The notes: generated from the sequence alone by a model not told the origin. Numbered from the stretch's first letter, positions 47,408 through 61,439 are shown. The stretch: 64,000 nucleotides of DNA from Octopus sinensis (GCF_006345805.1 NC_043010.1:12524001-12588000), one strand, 5' to 3'. Made by a program: numbers and translations.

Positions 47408-48189
47408 TTAAGAGGAAACTTCTTCTCCAAGAGATGTTTAATGGAGGCTTGTTTGTTGATATTAAGGTCTTTATGAAGACATGGGACTTACAAAGATAAG
47501 AGAGAAAGTAAACCAAAAACAAATGTGTCCCTCACACAAAACAAAGGATTGCCACACACACCCACACACACACAAGTTAAGAAGCAAGCTTTACAACCAG
47601 GTAAATTCAGGTTCAGTCCCACCTTGGGCAAGTGTCTTCTACTAGAGCTGTAGGCCAATCAATGTCTCGGGAGTAAATATGATAGATGGAAACTGTGTGG
47701 AATCCCATCATGTATGCGTGTAGAGTGATTGCGTGTATATGTTCAAGGTGGTGCCTAAGCATAGCCGCAATGTAATGACAGAACCAAATAAAAGATAAAA
47801 TTCTTTTATTCTTTTACTTGTTTCAGTCATTTGTTTGTGGCCATGCTGGAACACCACCTTGAGGGGTTTTAATAGAACAAGTCAACCCAAGGACTTATTT
47901 TTTTTTAAGCCTAGTACGTATTCTATTGTTCTCTTTTACCAAACTGCTGCTTTACAGGGACATATGCTCACCAACACTGGTTGTCAAGCAGTGATGGGGG
48001 ACATATACAAGCACAAAGTCATGTACTCATAGATATATACACATATATACAACAGACTTCCTTCAGTTTCTGTCTACTAAATCCACTCACAAGGCTTTAG
48101 TCAGCCTGAAGCAATAGTAGAAGTCACTTGCCGAAGGTGTCATGCAGTGGGACGAAACCCAGAACATGTGGTTGGGGAGTAAGCATCTT

Positions 48190-48665
48190 ATTTCTTTACT
48201 ACCGACAAGGGGCTAAACATAGAGGAGACAAACAAGGACAGACAAACGGATTAAGTCGATTACATCGACCCCAGTGCGTTACTGGTACTTTATTTATTGG
48301 CGAGATGGCAGAGACGTTAGCACGCCGGGTGAAACGCGTAGCCGTATTTCGTCTGCCGTTACATTCTGAGTTCAAATTCCGCCGAGGTTGACTTTGCCTT
48401 TCATCCTTTCGGGGTCGATTAAATAAGTACCAGTTACACACTGGGGGTTGATATAATCGACTTAATCCGCCTGTCTGTCCTTGTTTGTCCTCTCTGTGTT
48501 TAGCCCTTTGTGGGTAGTAAAGAAATAGGTACTTAATTTATCGACCCCGAAAGGATGAAAGGCAAAGTCGACCTTGGCAGAATTCGAACTCAGAACGTAA
48601 AGACAGACGAAATACCACTAAGCATTTTGCCCAGCATGCTAACGCTTCTGCCAGCTCACTGCCCT
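48190..48665. mobile_element. SINE B (+, ~48298-48527) nested in SINE B (-)
   Basis: TSD GGTACTT(T/A)ATTTAT at 48284 and 48528. Confidence 0.9.
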
Positions 48666-48728
48666 TACCACACAGCCATACCTGTGGCTATGAGTGATAT
48701 ATATATATATATATATATATATCAGGTG

Positions 48729-49001
48729 ATTACGTGACCGACCAAGCTATCAGATGTTGCTACACATCGCTGGTCACAATGTGCTTCGCATTGTTTTAGC
48801 CTTCAAATGACGCCACCTCGCTGGCCAAGCGGGCAGGCCAACAGGAAGAAAGAGTGAGAGAAGGTTGCGGCGAAAGAGTACAGGAGGTGCCTTTAGGTGT
48901 TTTCGCTCAATAAACACACACAACGCCCGATCTGGGAATCGAAACCGCGATCTTCAGACCGTGAGTCCGCTGCCCTAAGCACTGGGCCATTGTGCCTCCA
49001 C
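48729..49001 (-). mobile_element. SINE family C, tail type 1, internally deleted
   Basis: Head and tail match 17640-17940. Confidence 0.85.
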
Positions 49002-49784
49002 ACACACATATATATATATATATATACATACACGTATATATATATATATATATATACGTGTATATATATATATATATATACGTGTATATATATATACGTG
49101 TATATATATGCTTACTCAAGAGGCTTCCACACAAGATTGAACCAAGAACCATGTGTCATTAGAAAGGCAAACTCTTGAAAAACACTGCTAAAAAATCTAA
49201 ACTAGAAATAAATATGTAGCAAGAAGAAAACTTAATTAATAGCCAGCAACTAATATTATTTTCTTCTTTGATTTTACTCAACAAGTTTAGGAAACAACTT
49301 GTGACTGGTTTCTACAGTTTGCTGGCTTCTTCAGCTGCAAGGAATGTTATACTTTACAGAAGAAGCCAGAAAAAAATATAGAAACATTGCTTGGAGTTGT
49401 TTTTCTGTACTTGCCAGAAAAATGAAATACATATATATATAAATATGCATACATATATACATTTTTTATGTGTGTGTGCATGTGTGCACAAGCGCGTGTT
49501 TGTACATACATTCACACACACAGACATTATATATATATACATACACACACACATACATTTATATACACATATATATATATACACATATATATACACATAT
49601 ATATACACATATATATATATATACACACGCACACATATATATATATATCATCATCATCATCATTGCTTAACGTCCACCTTTCCATGATGGATGTATATAT
49701 AAATATATATCTTAATCTTTCAGCATTATCTCTTACTGGTTTCATCCAAAGGATGAGGCCTTACTGGGGCACCAACTTCAATAT

Positions 49785-49818
<34 letters not shown>

Positions 49819-49886
49819 TATATATATATACACATGTCTGTGTGTGTGTGTATGTATGTAAATATATATATATATACATGTGTGTG

Positions 49887-49930
<44 letters not shown>

Positions 49931-50509
49931 ATATATATATGTATATGTATATATATATATGTGTCTGTGTGTGTGTGTATATATATATATATACACACAC
50001 ACACATATATCTTAGTTATTGACGAATATTTTTCGTTATCGCGTGTTTATTTCCATTTTTATTTTATGTGTCATGCGTAAAATATGCCAACAGCAACAAA
50101 TGCTTTTTATTGTTTGTCTAAACTATATGAAAAAAACATTTTTCCAAAGGTAAACAGCTACTATGGACCATTACAATATCACCAGCAACTACATGAGTTA
50201 ATGTATATGTTTTGATACAGCTGCATAACCTGCTAGATATAGTCACATCTCACTCAAATCACAACCTACTATCTTTTACCTTTAATATTTGTTTTAGTCA
50301 CTTTGACTGCAGCCATGCTGGAGCACCACCTTGATGGATTTTTTTAGTCAAACAAATTGACCCCAGGACCTGATTTCTTAAGCCTAGTACTTATTCTATC
50401 AGTCCCTTTTTCTGAAATTCTTAGTTACAGGGACATGAACACACCAACACCAGTGGTGGGGCACAAACACAGACGCAAAGACACACCCACAGATATATAT
50501 ATACATACA

Positions 50510-50544
<35 letters not shown>

Positions 50545-50554
50545 TCCTTTCTAC

Positions 50555-50900
50555 TATAAGCACAAGGCCTGAAATTTGTGGGGAGGGGGCAAGCTGATTA
50601 CCTCGACCCCAGAGTTTCACTGGTGTTTAATTTATCAACCCTGAAAGGATGAAAGGCAAAGTTGACCCAGCAGCATTTGAACTCAGAATGTGAAGATGGA
50701 CGAAATACCCATTTCTTTACTACCCACAAGGGGCTAAACACAGAGGGGACAAACAAGGACAGACAAACGGATTAAGTCGATTATATCGACTCCATTGCGT
50801 AACTGGTACTTATTTAATCGACCCTGAAAGGATGAAAGGCAAAGTTGACCTCGGCGAAATTTGAACTCAGAACGTAGCGACAGACAAAATACCGCAAAGC
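50555..50900 (-). mobile_element. Two SINE B units joined at GAAATACC
   Basis: Long-tail unit 50709-50900 followed by a short-tail unit. Confidence 0.8.
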
Positions 50901-50978
50901 ATATATATATATATATATTATATATTATATATATATATATATTATATATATATATATATATATACTATATATATACAT

Positions 50979-51270
50979 GTGGAGGCGCAATAGCTCAGTG
51001 GTTAGGGCAGTGGACTCGCGGTTTTGATTCCCAGACCGGGCGTTGTGAGTGTTTATTGAGCGAAAAACACCTAAAGCTCCACGAGGCTCTGGCAGGGGGT
51101 GGTGGCGATCCCTGCTGTACTCTTTCGCCTCAACTTTCTCTCACTCTTTCTTCTGTTGGCCTGCCCGCTTAGCCAGTGGGGTGGCGTCATTTAAAGGCTA
51201 AAACAATGCGAAATGCATTGTGACCTGTGATGTGTAGCAACATCTGATAGCCTGGTCGGTCACGGCGATA
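50979..51270 (+). mobile_element. SINE family C, tail type 1, in (TA)n
   Basis: Head and tail match. Confidence 0.85.
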
Positions 51271-51871
51271 TATATATATATATAATCTTGGGGAATAAAA
51301 AAATATCTCCTTTCCCCACAGAGTAATAACAGGTAAGTTATGTAGATTTAAAAAGATAATTTTATTGTATTTTATAGTAGGGTTTTTAAATGCTTATATT
51401 ATTTTATTGAATATAACTTTCTATGTGTATTCCATACAATAAGGTTATCCTGAAATATGAGTTGCAGTTCTATTGGTAAAATCCCAAATTTGTAATAATA
51501 TTATGTGAGTGTGTGTGTGTGTATTGATAGAAGTGGTAAGACAACAAAAAATGAAAGAGACCTCAATATTATGTAAAAAGGGGAATTTATCTGTAATTTT
51601 TTCGATGGCCGGATAATAGAAGAGATGGAGGCATGGGTTGCCCTTCCTCACACCAACCACTCTTTCGAATGTCGGGCCTCACAGAGGCAATGACGAAAGA
51701 CCGAGACCTCTGGAGATATGCTGTGAACGATGACGATGATGATGATGATATATATGTATATATATATATATGCATATGTATATGTGTGTATGTATGTATA
51801 TAAACATATATATATTATATGTATGCATGTATGTGTGTATATATATTATATATATATATATTATATGTATG

Positions 51872-51927
<56 letters not shown>

Positions 51928-51959
51928 GTATATATATATTATATATACATATGTATATA

Positions 51960-52004
<45 letters not shown>

Positions 52005-52089
52005 CCCGGACTTGTGCCTTGGAGGGAACAATCCCATGATCAGTCATGACCGAAGGGTGTATCAGCATGCATATATATTGTGTATATAT

Positions 52090-52127
<38 letters not shown>

Positions 52128-52719
52128 ATATTATATATATATATATATTATATTATATATATATATATGCATATATATATGAATGTATGTATGTATGTAT
52201 GTATGTACTTGGGTGTCTGTGTTCTATTGTAGCTCCAGGCTGAGCAAAGCCTTTTGAATCCATTTCGTTGACAGAAACTGAAAGAAGCATATCACACACG
52301 TGTGTGTGTGTGCACGCGCATGTGTGTATGTGTGTGGGTGGGTGTGTTTCGACATCATGCAATTGTTCTAAGCAAGCATCACAATGTCACTAATCATGCA
52401 TGCAATGTTGTTTGTATTCAGTCTTTTGTGGAAAAAAAATGTCTGGCTATGAAGAACCAGGTGAGGGTTGCTGACAAGAATGTCACCCACCTGTTGAGAA
52501 ATCTACCTCAACAAATTGTATCTGACCTGAGCAAGCATAGGAAAGTGGATGTTAAAACGATATGATAACAATGATGATAATGATGGTGATGATGATGATG
52601 ATGTCCTCAAGTAAATTTCACAAATACTCAAATCAGCTGAACTTGGAACTTACAGAGTTTTACCAAAGAAATTTCTTTACCTCAAAGTATGAAAAACGTT
52701 TTCATAAACAAAACTTATC

Positions 52720-53111
52720 AGGAGTGGCTGTGTGGTAAGTAGCTTGCTAACCAACCACATGTTTCTGGGTTCAGTCCCACTGTGTGGCATCTTGGGCAAG
52801 TGTCTTCTGCTATAGCCCCGGGCCGACCAATGCCTTGTGAGTGGATTTGGCAGACGGAAACTGAAAGAAGCCTGTCGTATATATGTATATGTATGTATGT
52901 GTGTATATTTGTGTGTCTGTGTTTGTCCCCCTAGCATTGCTTGACAACCGATGCTGGTGTGTTTACGTCCCCGTCACTTAGCGGTTCGGCCAAAGAGACC
53001 GATAGAATAAGTACTGGTCTTACAAAGAATAAGTCCCAGGGTCGATTTGCTCGACTAAAGGCGATGCTCCAGCATGGCCACAGTCAAATGACTGAAACAT
53101 GTAAAAGAGTA
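52720..53111 (+). mobile_element. SINE family A, full length
   Basis: Head through tail. Confidence 0.9.
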
Positions 53112-53481
53112 ATGTCTACATTTTTTTTCTTTGCCTTTTAGCAAACTCAGCGTTTGTTTATCAACCAAAATAATTCTGATGCCATATATTTTATCCAGCA
53201 ACATTTTTGTTTTATTTTTTTTGGGGGGGGGGTTGGAATAGCAAGCAGCCAGCTTAATCACCTTTGCTTGATTTATTCACTGTCTTGAAATCTTGTTGAT
53301 GCAGATTTCCAATTCAGTTTTTTCTACCATGGTCACTGACCTCTGAGGTGTGGTGAGACAGTTAGGTGTTATAAAAATGGGACAAACAAATTATCCAGAT
53401 AGACAACACAAAGAAAACAAGGACGGGTCATTCGAAGTTTTCTTTCCTCAGTCAAGTACCAGATTATCTTCGCAATTTCAG

Positions 53482-53540
<59 letters not shown>

Positions 53541-54544
53541 TTCCTGAGCGCCATACTAATACAATTGTTTGTTTGTTTTCCACCACCTGCCTTCGTCTTT
53601 TGTCTATTTTCATAAAGCTTCCCGTTATATATATATATATATATATATAGTGTAATAAATAAAATATATGCATACATACAAACATATATGTACGTACCTA
53701 CATCTACATGTATATATACATACATATATAAATATATATACGTGAGTACAGGACACGACAACTAGACGTAGAACTCAAAGAGAAACGAAAAGGGAAAAAC
53801 CATTTTTTTACAACAGAAAAACAGATTACAGGACATACTACAACAAAAAAAATCCCCTATCATCAGCTGTCACTAGTTCGACTCTAGCGTGTTTTGAAGG
53901 CAAGACAGGACACGACTCGCCAAACTAGTCCTTCCTGCGAGAGAATTAAAGTAAAATTACCTCGCAGAGAGAGAGAGAGAGAGAAAAAGAGAGACAGACA
54001 GATAGTGTAATAATTTTGATATGGCTGGATACTGTTTATATTTATGTAAAATGTCAAAGTGCTCAATACATATAGAGTTTCATAGAGTATGAAGTTTAGT
54101 ACCCATGTATTGAGTGCATGTTGCTAGTTCTTTACTTTAACTTCTTGTTAGTATCTAGGAAGTTGGATATATTGATTTGCAGTTGATCTTTGTTAGGGTT
54201 ATTGAAATAAATAACAAAATGCTGGTGTGTTATGTTCTTGAATTTCGATAATATGGTATAAAACCTCTTTCTCTTTCTATATGTCTATACATATGTGTGT
54301 GTGTGTGTAACCTTCTCTCCTCACGTCTACAGTTGTTTGTATGGGTGTCTATAATGCCATCAACATCTCTAGTCACAACTACATTTCTCTAAAATTACAC
54401 TTCCAGCTCCCTACAGCACATTTACAGCTACCTATAGTCACCCTATAGAGACCTCTCTAAAGACATATCAGTGTTCTATCTATCTGTCTCTCTCTCTCTC
54501 TCTCCCTCTCTCCTGTCATATTAACAACTCTCTTTCTTTCTCTT

Positions 54545-54749
54545 TTTTTACTTGTTTCAGTCATTTGACTGCGGCCATGCTGGAGCACCGCCTTTAGTCG
54601 AGCAAATCAACTCCGGGACTTATTTTTTGTAAGCCTAGTACTTATTCTATCGGTCTGTTTTGCCGAACCGCTAAGTGACGGGGATGTAAACACACCAGCA
54701 TCAGTTGTCAAGCAATGCTAGGGGGACAAACACAGACACACAAACATAT

Positions 54750-54792
<43 letters not shown>

Positions 54793-55113
54793 CCGAAATT
54801 ACTACGATGATCCGGTTCTTGACTGAAGACTGAGGGCTTCGAATGTCCTGTCTGTGTTTGTTGTATCGTCTTCTAAGTGTTATGCGTTCTTGTCACAGTT
54901 TGTATTTTTTACATATCATAATATATATATATATATATATACATATATATACATATACGACAGGCTTCTTTCAGTTTCCGTCTACCAAATCCACTCACAA
55001 GGCATTGGTCGGCCCGAGGCTATAGCAGAAGACACTTGCCCAAGATGACACGCAGTGGGACTGAACCCGGAACCATGTGGTTGGTAAGCAAGCTACTTAC
55101 CACACAGCCACTC
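54545..55113 (-). mobile_element. SINE family A interrupted in its (TA)n tract by a ~130-bp repeat
   Basis: The insert at 54789-54920 is homologous to 53370-53490 (minus strand). Confidence 0.85.
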
Positions 55114-57249
55114 TCTACAATTACATCAAGAGTTCTCTATAGCCTTATCTACAGCTTATACAGCTTCATCAATAGAAGTCAATAGCCAGACCTATAGCTC
55201 TCTCCATTCACATTTATATTTCTCTACAGTCAGTCCGATGCATTTAGCAGAGTTCACTGTGTTTGCAAGCATTCAGTTCAAGTTCTCAGTTTGTGGCTAA
55301 CATCCTCCTTCCCTCACAACCATCACAAAAGCTTTCCCACCACCACCACCACCACCACACATACTTCCACTACCAAATAAAGAGACACAGGTACTTCCCC
55401 TCCCTCATCCCCTGAGTAAAAGCTAAAATAAAAAATACCTAAATATTTCTACACACTTACAGAGAAAAGGATATGAGATTGTATGTAGATATGAGGTATT
55501 CAAACCAATTTTTTTAAAGACAATAACGGTAGAAATATATAAAATGGCACCAGCTGGAAATCAAAACTGAATTATTGATTTGTTTTTCCAGAAAGTTATG
55601 CCATTAATTTTACTCACAGTGCAATGCATTAAAATTATAAATAAAAACCAATGTTTTCTAGAAGCTTCCCGGCTCACAAAAAATTGTTCTATATATGTTC
55701 TCTCACCACTTTAACTTCCTATCAGTTAAGATTTCCTGATTTCTAGCTGAAGACATTTAGTGAAGATTCTTTTGACTGGAATAATAAACACCATTATCTT
55801 AAGTATTTATGTCTTGAATAAACTACACAATTTACAGAATGAGTGGAAGAAATTACCTAGAAGACAACTACTGCATTAAAAACAAATATCTAAGTGGGTA
55901 ATAACACATTCAATGTAGTTAGCCAACCAATTTGAATTTAATCAAAAATTTACATATGTTTATATTAAGTTGAAGTCAATTTTGAGTCTACAGACCCATT
56001 CAGTCAACACTTATTTTTATTTTTGCTGCATTTAAGAGATTGAAAATACAAGACTTCTCCTTGAACAGGGTAACACTCTGTTGCATAGTTAACCCTTGGA
56101 TTGCTGTTGATACGTGTTTACATGTGAGTGAGCTGAGACAATATCAAGTTAAGTGCCTTGCTCAAAGATACAATGTGCCTCCTGGTTTGCGAATTGAATC
56201 TATTTCCCAAGATTGCGAACCTTACACTGAAACCACAAGGCCACATATTTTTGCTGCATCTGTTGTGATGTAAAAATATTAAATTTGGTCAATGAAAGTA
56301 AGAGAGACAACTCTGAAATCCAAATTAATTTAAAAGTTGATTGGTGTCACTTTTGGCAATTGTGGTGACAACCCCAGACAACACTTGACCTATATAAACA
56401 TTTAATATATTTGTAGTATATTATGATTACATAACAAAATACAGTATCCTTACAGGTCATTAACTCCACACATGTTTCAGTCTTATTAGACCTCTTCAAT
56501 TAAGCATAATTTTACCCATTGCTAAATTGGCTGATAGAATATCAAATAGAACGCTTTGTGAGATTTACTTAGGCTTGTTGCACTCTGAGTTCAAACCCCA
56601 GTGAGGTCAACTTTACCTTTTTTTTACCTTAGGGGTTTGATAAATACAGTACCAGTTCAATATTGATTTCAATTCTTCTTTGCTATATTTCATTCTCTCT
56701 GGAAGAAATCAGCTGAGATCAGGTCTGGAGAGACTTGGAACCTATCAGGTTTAGATGCCAAACATGCCACCCCCACCTCAGACTCCAACTGGATTTGAGG
56801 GCGAGACAAAAGTTTTACACTTGTTACATGAGTTCCACTTTTAATTTTTAACATGTAAACGCCTACTCATACGACTCCCCACCACCACCACTGTAAATAC
56901 TTATTCACAGACAAGTGAGCAGTCGTTTCTAGATATGCATTTATGGAGTTTAGTCAGCGGAAATAGCTGCATCATTGCTGTTATCTTATTGATCATATTT
57001 TATATTTTACAAACATTGATTTTGCTAGTTAAAACATATGTATTGACATTAAAAATTTATCAAACATAGAATTTAGAATAGGGTAAAATATGGAAATCTA
57101 AGGAAACTGGTGATAGTCTGCGTCAGCATAAATTAATCTACAAGTGAAGAATTTGTAGCAGAGTTCAATAAGTTCAGTTGCCATGGGTTGTGAAGAATTT
57201 GATGTATCAGGTCTTTGCTCTTTGACTGGGAGAGAAGGAGGGAGAGAAA

Positions 57250-57523
57250 CATGGGCCCGGGAACAGGGGGTGCAGGTGGTGCAAGCGCACCCCCTACAAT
57301 TTTTGCGGAGTGCAGAACCAAAATTTGCAGCCCTACTTATTTTTCTCAGGTTTAGAAAACGGTAAATAAAAAGTGATGTGTAAAAAGTAGCTTGAGGTTA
57401 GGCCCCTTCTCAAAGAACAAAACACAAAAATAACAAAAAAAATAAATAAATAAGACCTTGTTTGTAAATATTTTTGGACCTGGGTTTTGCACCCCCTAAG
57501 CAAATTTCATTCCTGAGCCAGTG
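57250..57523. mobile_element. hAT-type MITE
   Basis: Imperfect TIRs CATGGGCCCGGGAA and TTCCTGAGCCAGTG; exact 8-bp TSD GAGAGAAA at 57242 and 57524. Confidence 0.8.
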
Positions 57524-57727
57524 GAGAGAAAATAGTTATTTTTATGGGTTGCAGGGAAATAAGTAAAGGAATTATAGGGAAAATGTAATGTGGAGATTGA
57601 GGTGGGTGTTAAAAGGGAGAGGTGAAGAGTAAGAAAGGGGTAGTGAAAGGGTGAGAATTATAGGGTAGAAAATAAATGAAATGGGTGGTGAGGGAGTAAT
57701 AAAAAAAAAGGATTTATTTAGAAATAT

Positions 57728-57962
57728 ATTTCTTTACTACCCACAAGGGGCTAAACACAGAGGGGACAAACAAGAACAGATGAATGGATTAAGTCGATTA
57801 TATCGACCCCAGTGCATAACTGGTACTTAATTTATCGACCCCCCGAAAGGATGAAAGGCAAAGTCGACCTCGGCGGAATTTGAACCCAGAACGTAACGGC
57901 AGACGAAATACGGCTACGCATTTTGCCCGGCGTGCTAACGATTCTGCCAGCTTGCCGCCTAG
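57728..57962 (-). mobile_element. SINE family B, full length
   Basis: Close to the consensus of the window's copies. Confidence 0.9.
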
Positions 57963-58699
57963 CCGGTGCCTCAAGCGAAGCAAAGAAAAAAGGTTTCTGA
58001 TCAAATAAAAATGGAGAAAAAACACTGAAGAATAGGGAGCAGATGACAAAAGACATTTCTACTTCACTTCTCTTAGCAATTAAACTTACGGGAAAGTCTT
58101 CAAGGAATTCTCTAAGATTTGTGGTAGTTAAGTATATATACATTCATTTGCAATATTAGCATAATGGTTATTGTTCTGATTCTCAAATATTTTTTTCTGC
58201 TGGGCAAGAGACATCACAGCATAAGAATTACCATATAAAAGTGAAAAGGCTTAAGGGATATAGTATTTTCACCAGTTCTTCTGTTCAAGACTGCTGTATA
58301 TATTTGGTCTGCAGACACCATTCTGTGCACATAAGTTCACTCAGTTGTTCAGAAATAGGTATTTTATATTAATTACCAGGGAATTTTTACCTGTGGTAAA
58401 ATAGGATAACCTGTGTTATCCTATTAAAAAAGATATTTACTTTTCCTCAGTATTTTGCTGTGAAACTAGAAGGGAATGTCAGCCCTTAAAATTGACTCAA
58501 AGTAGAAAATGGTTTACTATTAGTTGCATTACATAACCACACACAAAATTGGATTAGCCTCATTATCCATAGAAAAATTGGTATTAAAATATTGGTAAAT
58601 AATAAAACAGAACTATTATATTACTCAGAAGTTCTACATCAACAAACTTATATACTTATATACTAAGTTGTATCATGGAAAAAATAAGAAAGTTAACAT

Positions 58700-59100
58700 A
58701 GCAGGAGTGGCTGTGTGGTAAGTAGCTTGCTAACCAACCACATGGTTCCGGGTTCAGTCCCACTGCATGGCACCTTGGGCAAGTGTCTTCTACTATAGCC
58801 CAGGGCTGACCAATGCCTTGTGAGTGGATTTGGTAGACGGAAACTGAAAGAAGCCTGTCGTATATATGTATATATATATATGTATGTGTGTGTGTGTTTG
58901 TCCCCCTAGCATTGCTTGATAACCGATGCTGGTGTGTTTACATCCCCGTTACTTAGCGGTTTGGCAAAAGAGACCGATAGAATAAGTACTGGGCTTACAA
59001 AGAATAAGTACCGGGGTCGATTTGCTCGACTAAAGGCGGTGCTCCAGCATGGCCACAGTCAAATGACTGAAACAAGTAAAAGAGTAAAAAGAGTAAAAGG
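58700..59100 (+). mobile_element. SINE family A, full length
   Basis: Head through tail. Confidence 0.9.
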
Positions 59101-60457
59101 GTAATAGCACCAAAATATGAAAGACATGCAACGGTCAGTCACTTAAGAAATTCTCTTATGAAAAATTGTTTCCAGAATATCAACAACTTACATTTAGAAA
59201 TAAAATATACTGAAAGAAGTTGAAAAAATGATATTTACCTTACTTCTTAGATATTCTCATTAAACAACCAGACAATAGAAAAGTATGTAGATAAAGCACT
59301 AACTGGCACTTAGCAAGGACCGAACTTCAACTGGAACCATCAAATAAAAGTGAAGAGAACTGGCAGATCTGTAGTATTCAGCCAGGCAGAAAACCGTTGG
59401 TATGGCATAAAGATGAATTATTAAAGCTTTGTACAAATCATCATTGCAAATGAGTGGAGTAAGGTAATGGTAACACAAACATACACACACACACACACAC
59501 ACACTCTCTCTCTCTTTCTCTCTCCCTCTACCTATTTCTCTCTCTCACTGTCTCTTTCTATAACTCTCTATCAATCTATCTCTCACTGTTTCTTTCTCTT
59601 TCTCTCTTCCCTCTCTTAAAATGAAGTCTGCAGAAATTTAAGAAACTTTGGTATAAATCAATAACAAGTTCCAGCCATCAAATGAAGTGCTAGCACTTTG
59701 CTTTCGTATCTCCCACCACCCCCGCCCCCCTATCCCTCTCCCCACCCCCACCCTCGCCCCACCCCTCACCCTCGCCAAAAAAAAAAAAAATCACTAACTC
59801 ATTCTAGTTAGAATTTTATTCAACTCTTATGTTTTCTAGTTTGATACATTCGTTGTCAGGGGATCACCAAGTCAGTTGCTGGCATCTTCATGATCAGAGG
59901 AAACCATTAGAGAATGATATTCTTTGTTATTGACATAATACCGGTGAAATTTAATTTCTCTTCATAAGCCAACAATAGAGTCTCTGTGTAGTCACAAGAC
60001 CTGAAAGCAATAGCAGCCAAATTTTCCTCACATCACAACCTACCAGTTTAAATAAGAAAAGAGTATCATAAATTCTGTAGTCACAAAACATCACAAAAAA
60101 AAAACCCCAGATGGTCACTTCTGGAATGCCTTTTATTATTAGTCTGTCCCACTGTTTTCTAACCAAGTAGTCATGACACCCTGTAGGGAGTCCCAGAGTA
60201 GTTAAAAAGTTTCAAACTTAAATAACCCAACCAACAAAATAATACCATACTCAAAAACCAAAAAAAAATGCACAGAAGAATCCAGGCATGGCTGTGTGGT
60301 AAGAAGCTTGCTTCCCAACCATATGGCTCTGAGTTCTATCCCACTGCATGGCACCTTGGGCAAACATCTTCTACTATAGCTTCAGGCTGACCAAAGCCTT
60401 ATGAGTGGACTAGGTAGATGGAAACTGAAAGAAGCCTGTTGTATACATACACACACA

Positions 60458-60534
<77 letters not shown>

Positions 60535-60801
60535 ATAAAAAAATGGAGGAATATACTTTAATCAATCATCAACTACCAGATAATAGCCATTCACATAATT
60601 TATTAACCAACTACATTTCTTATTTTGTATTATGAATTTGAGGTAAAACATTTTACCTTCGCCCATATAATACAATAAATGAATTAATTGCATTGCAATT
60701 ATTAGCATTTATGTATTAGCATTTCTGAGTGCTTTACTGGCAGAATATTGGATATATGTTATCCCATAGAGGGTTGCACTCACAACCCCTATCTCACTTT
60801 G

Positions 60802-60844
<43 letters not shown>

Positions 60845-61439
60845 CTCAAATTTACAGATAACAAAAGACAAAGACAGGTGTAGGAATAACAAGCAGGTGT
60901 TTAATGCTTGGGAAGAATGGAAGAGTCTGTGACAATTTGAGCCTAAGCTCTTCAACTGAAAGGATTAAGAGGGAAAAATGGAGAGAGAAGAAAAAACGTG
61001 TAAGGATTAACAGATCAACATGATGAAATAGCGGTGTGTTTCTTTGTGTTTGTGTTTGTCCCCACCACCATCGCTTGATAACCAATGTCGGTGTGTTTAT
61101 GTCCCTGTAACTTAGAGGTTCAGTAAAGAGACAAATAGAATAGGTACTAGGCTTACAAAGAATTAGTCCTGGGGTCAATTTCTTTGACTAGAACCCTGTA
61201 AGGCAGTGCTCCAGCATGGCTGTGGACAAATGACAGAAACATGTAAAAGAATAAAAGAAAACAGAAAGTGAGAAAGTGCACTGCAGATATAAATTTTCGA
61301 CCGAGAATGAATTTTCTTTACCGAGCTAAAATAAGGATTATAGCATTCCTTAGTATAAGGAAATAGTTTATCAAGCCACAGGTTAACTCAATCAGGGATG
61401 ACCTAGAATTAAGCAGCTACAAAAAAAAAGCTAATTCGA

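Noticed and set aside
54820-54850. CTGAAGA..CTTCGAATGTC hammerhead-like motif (also ~53425-53455, minus strand)
   Set aside because: Both copies have GAAT instead of GAAA, and neither forms convincing stems I and II
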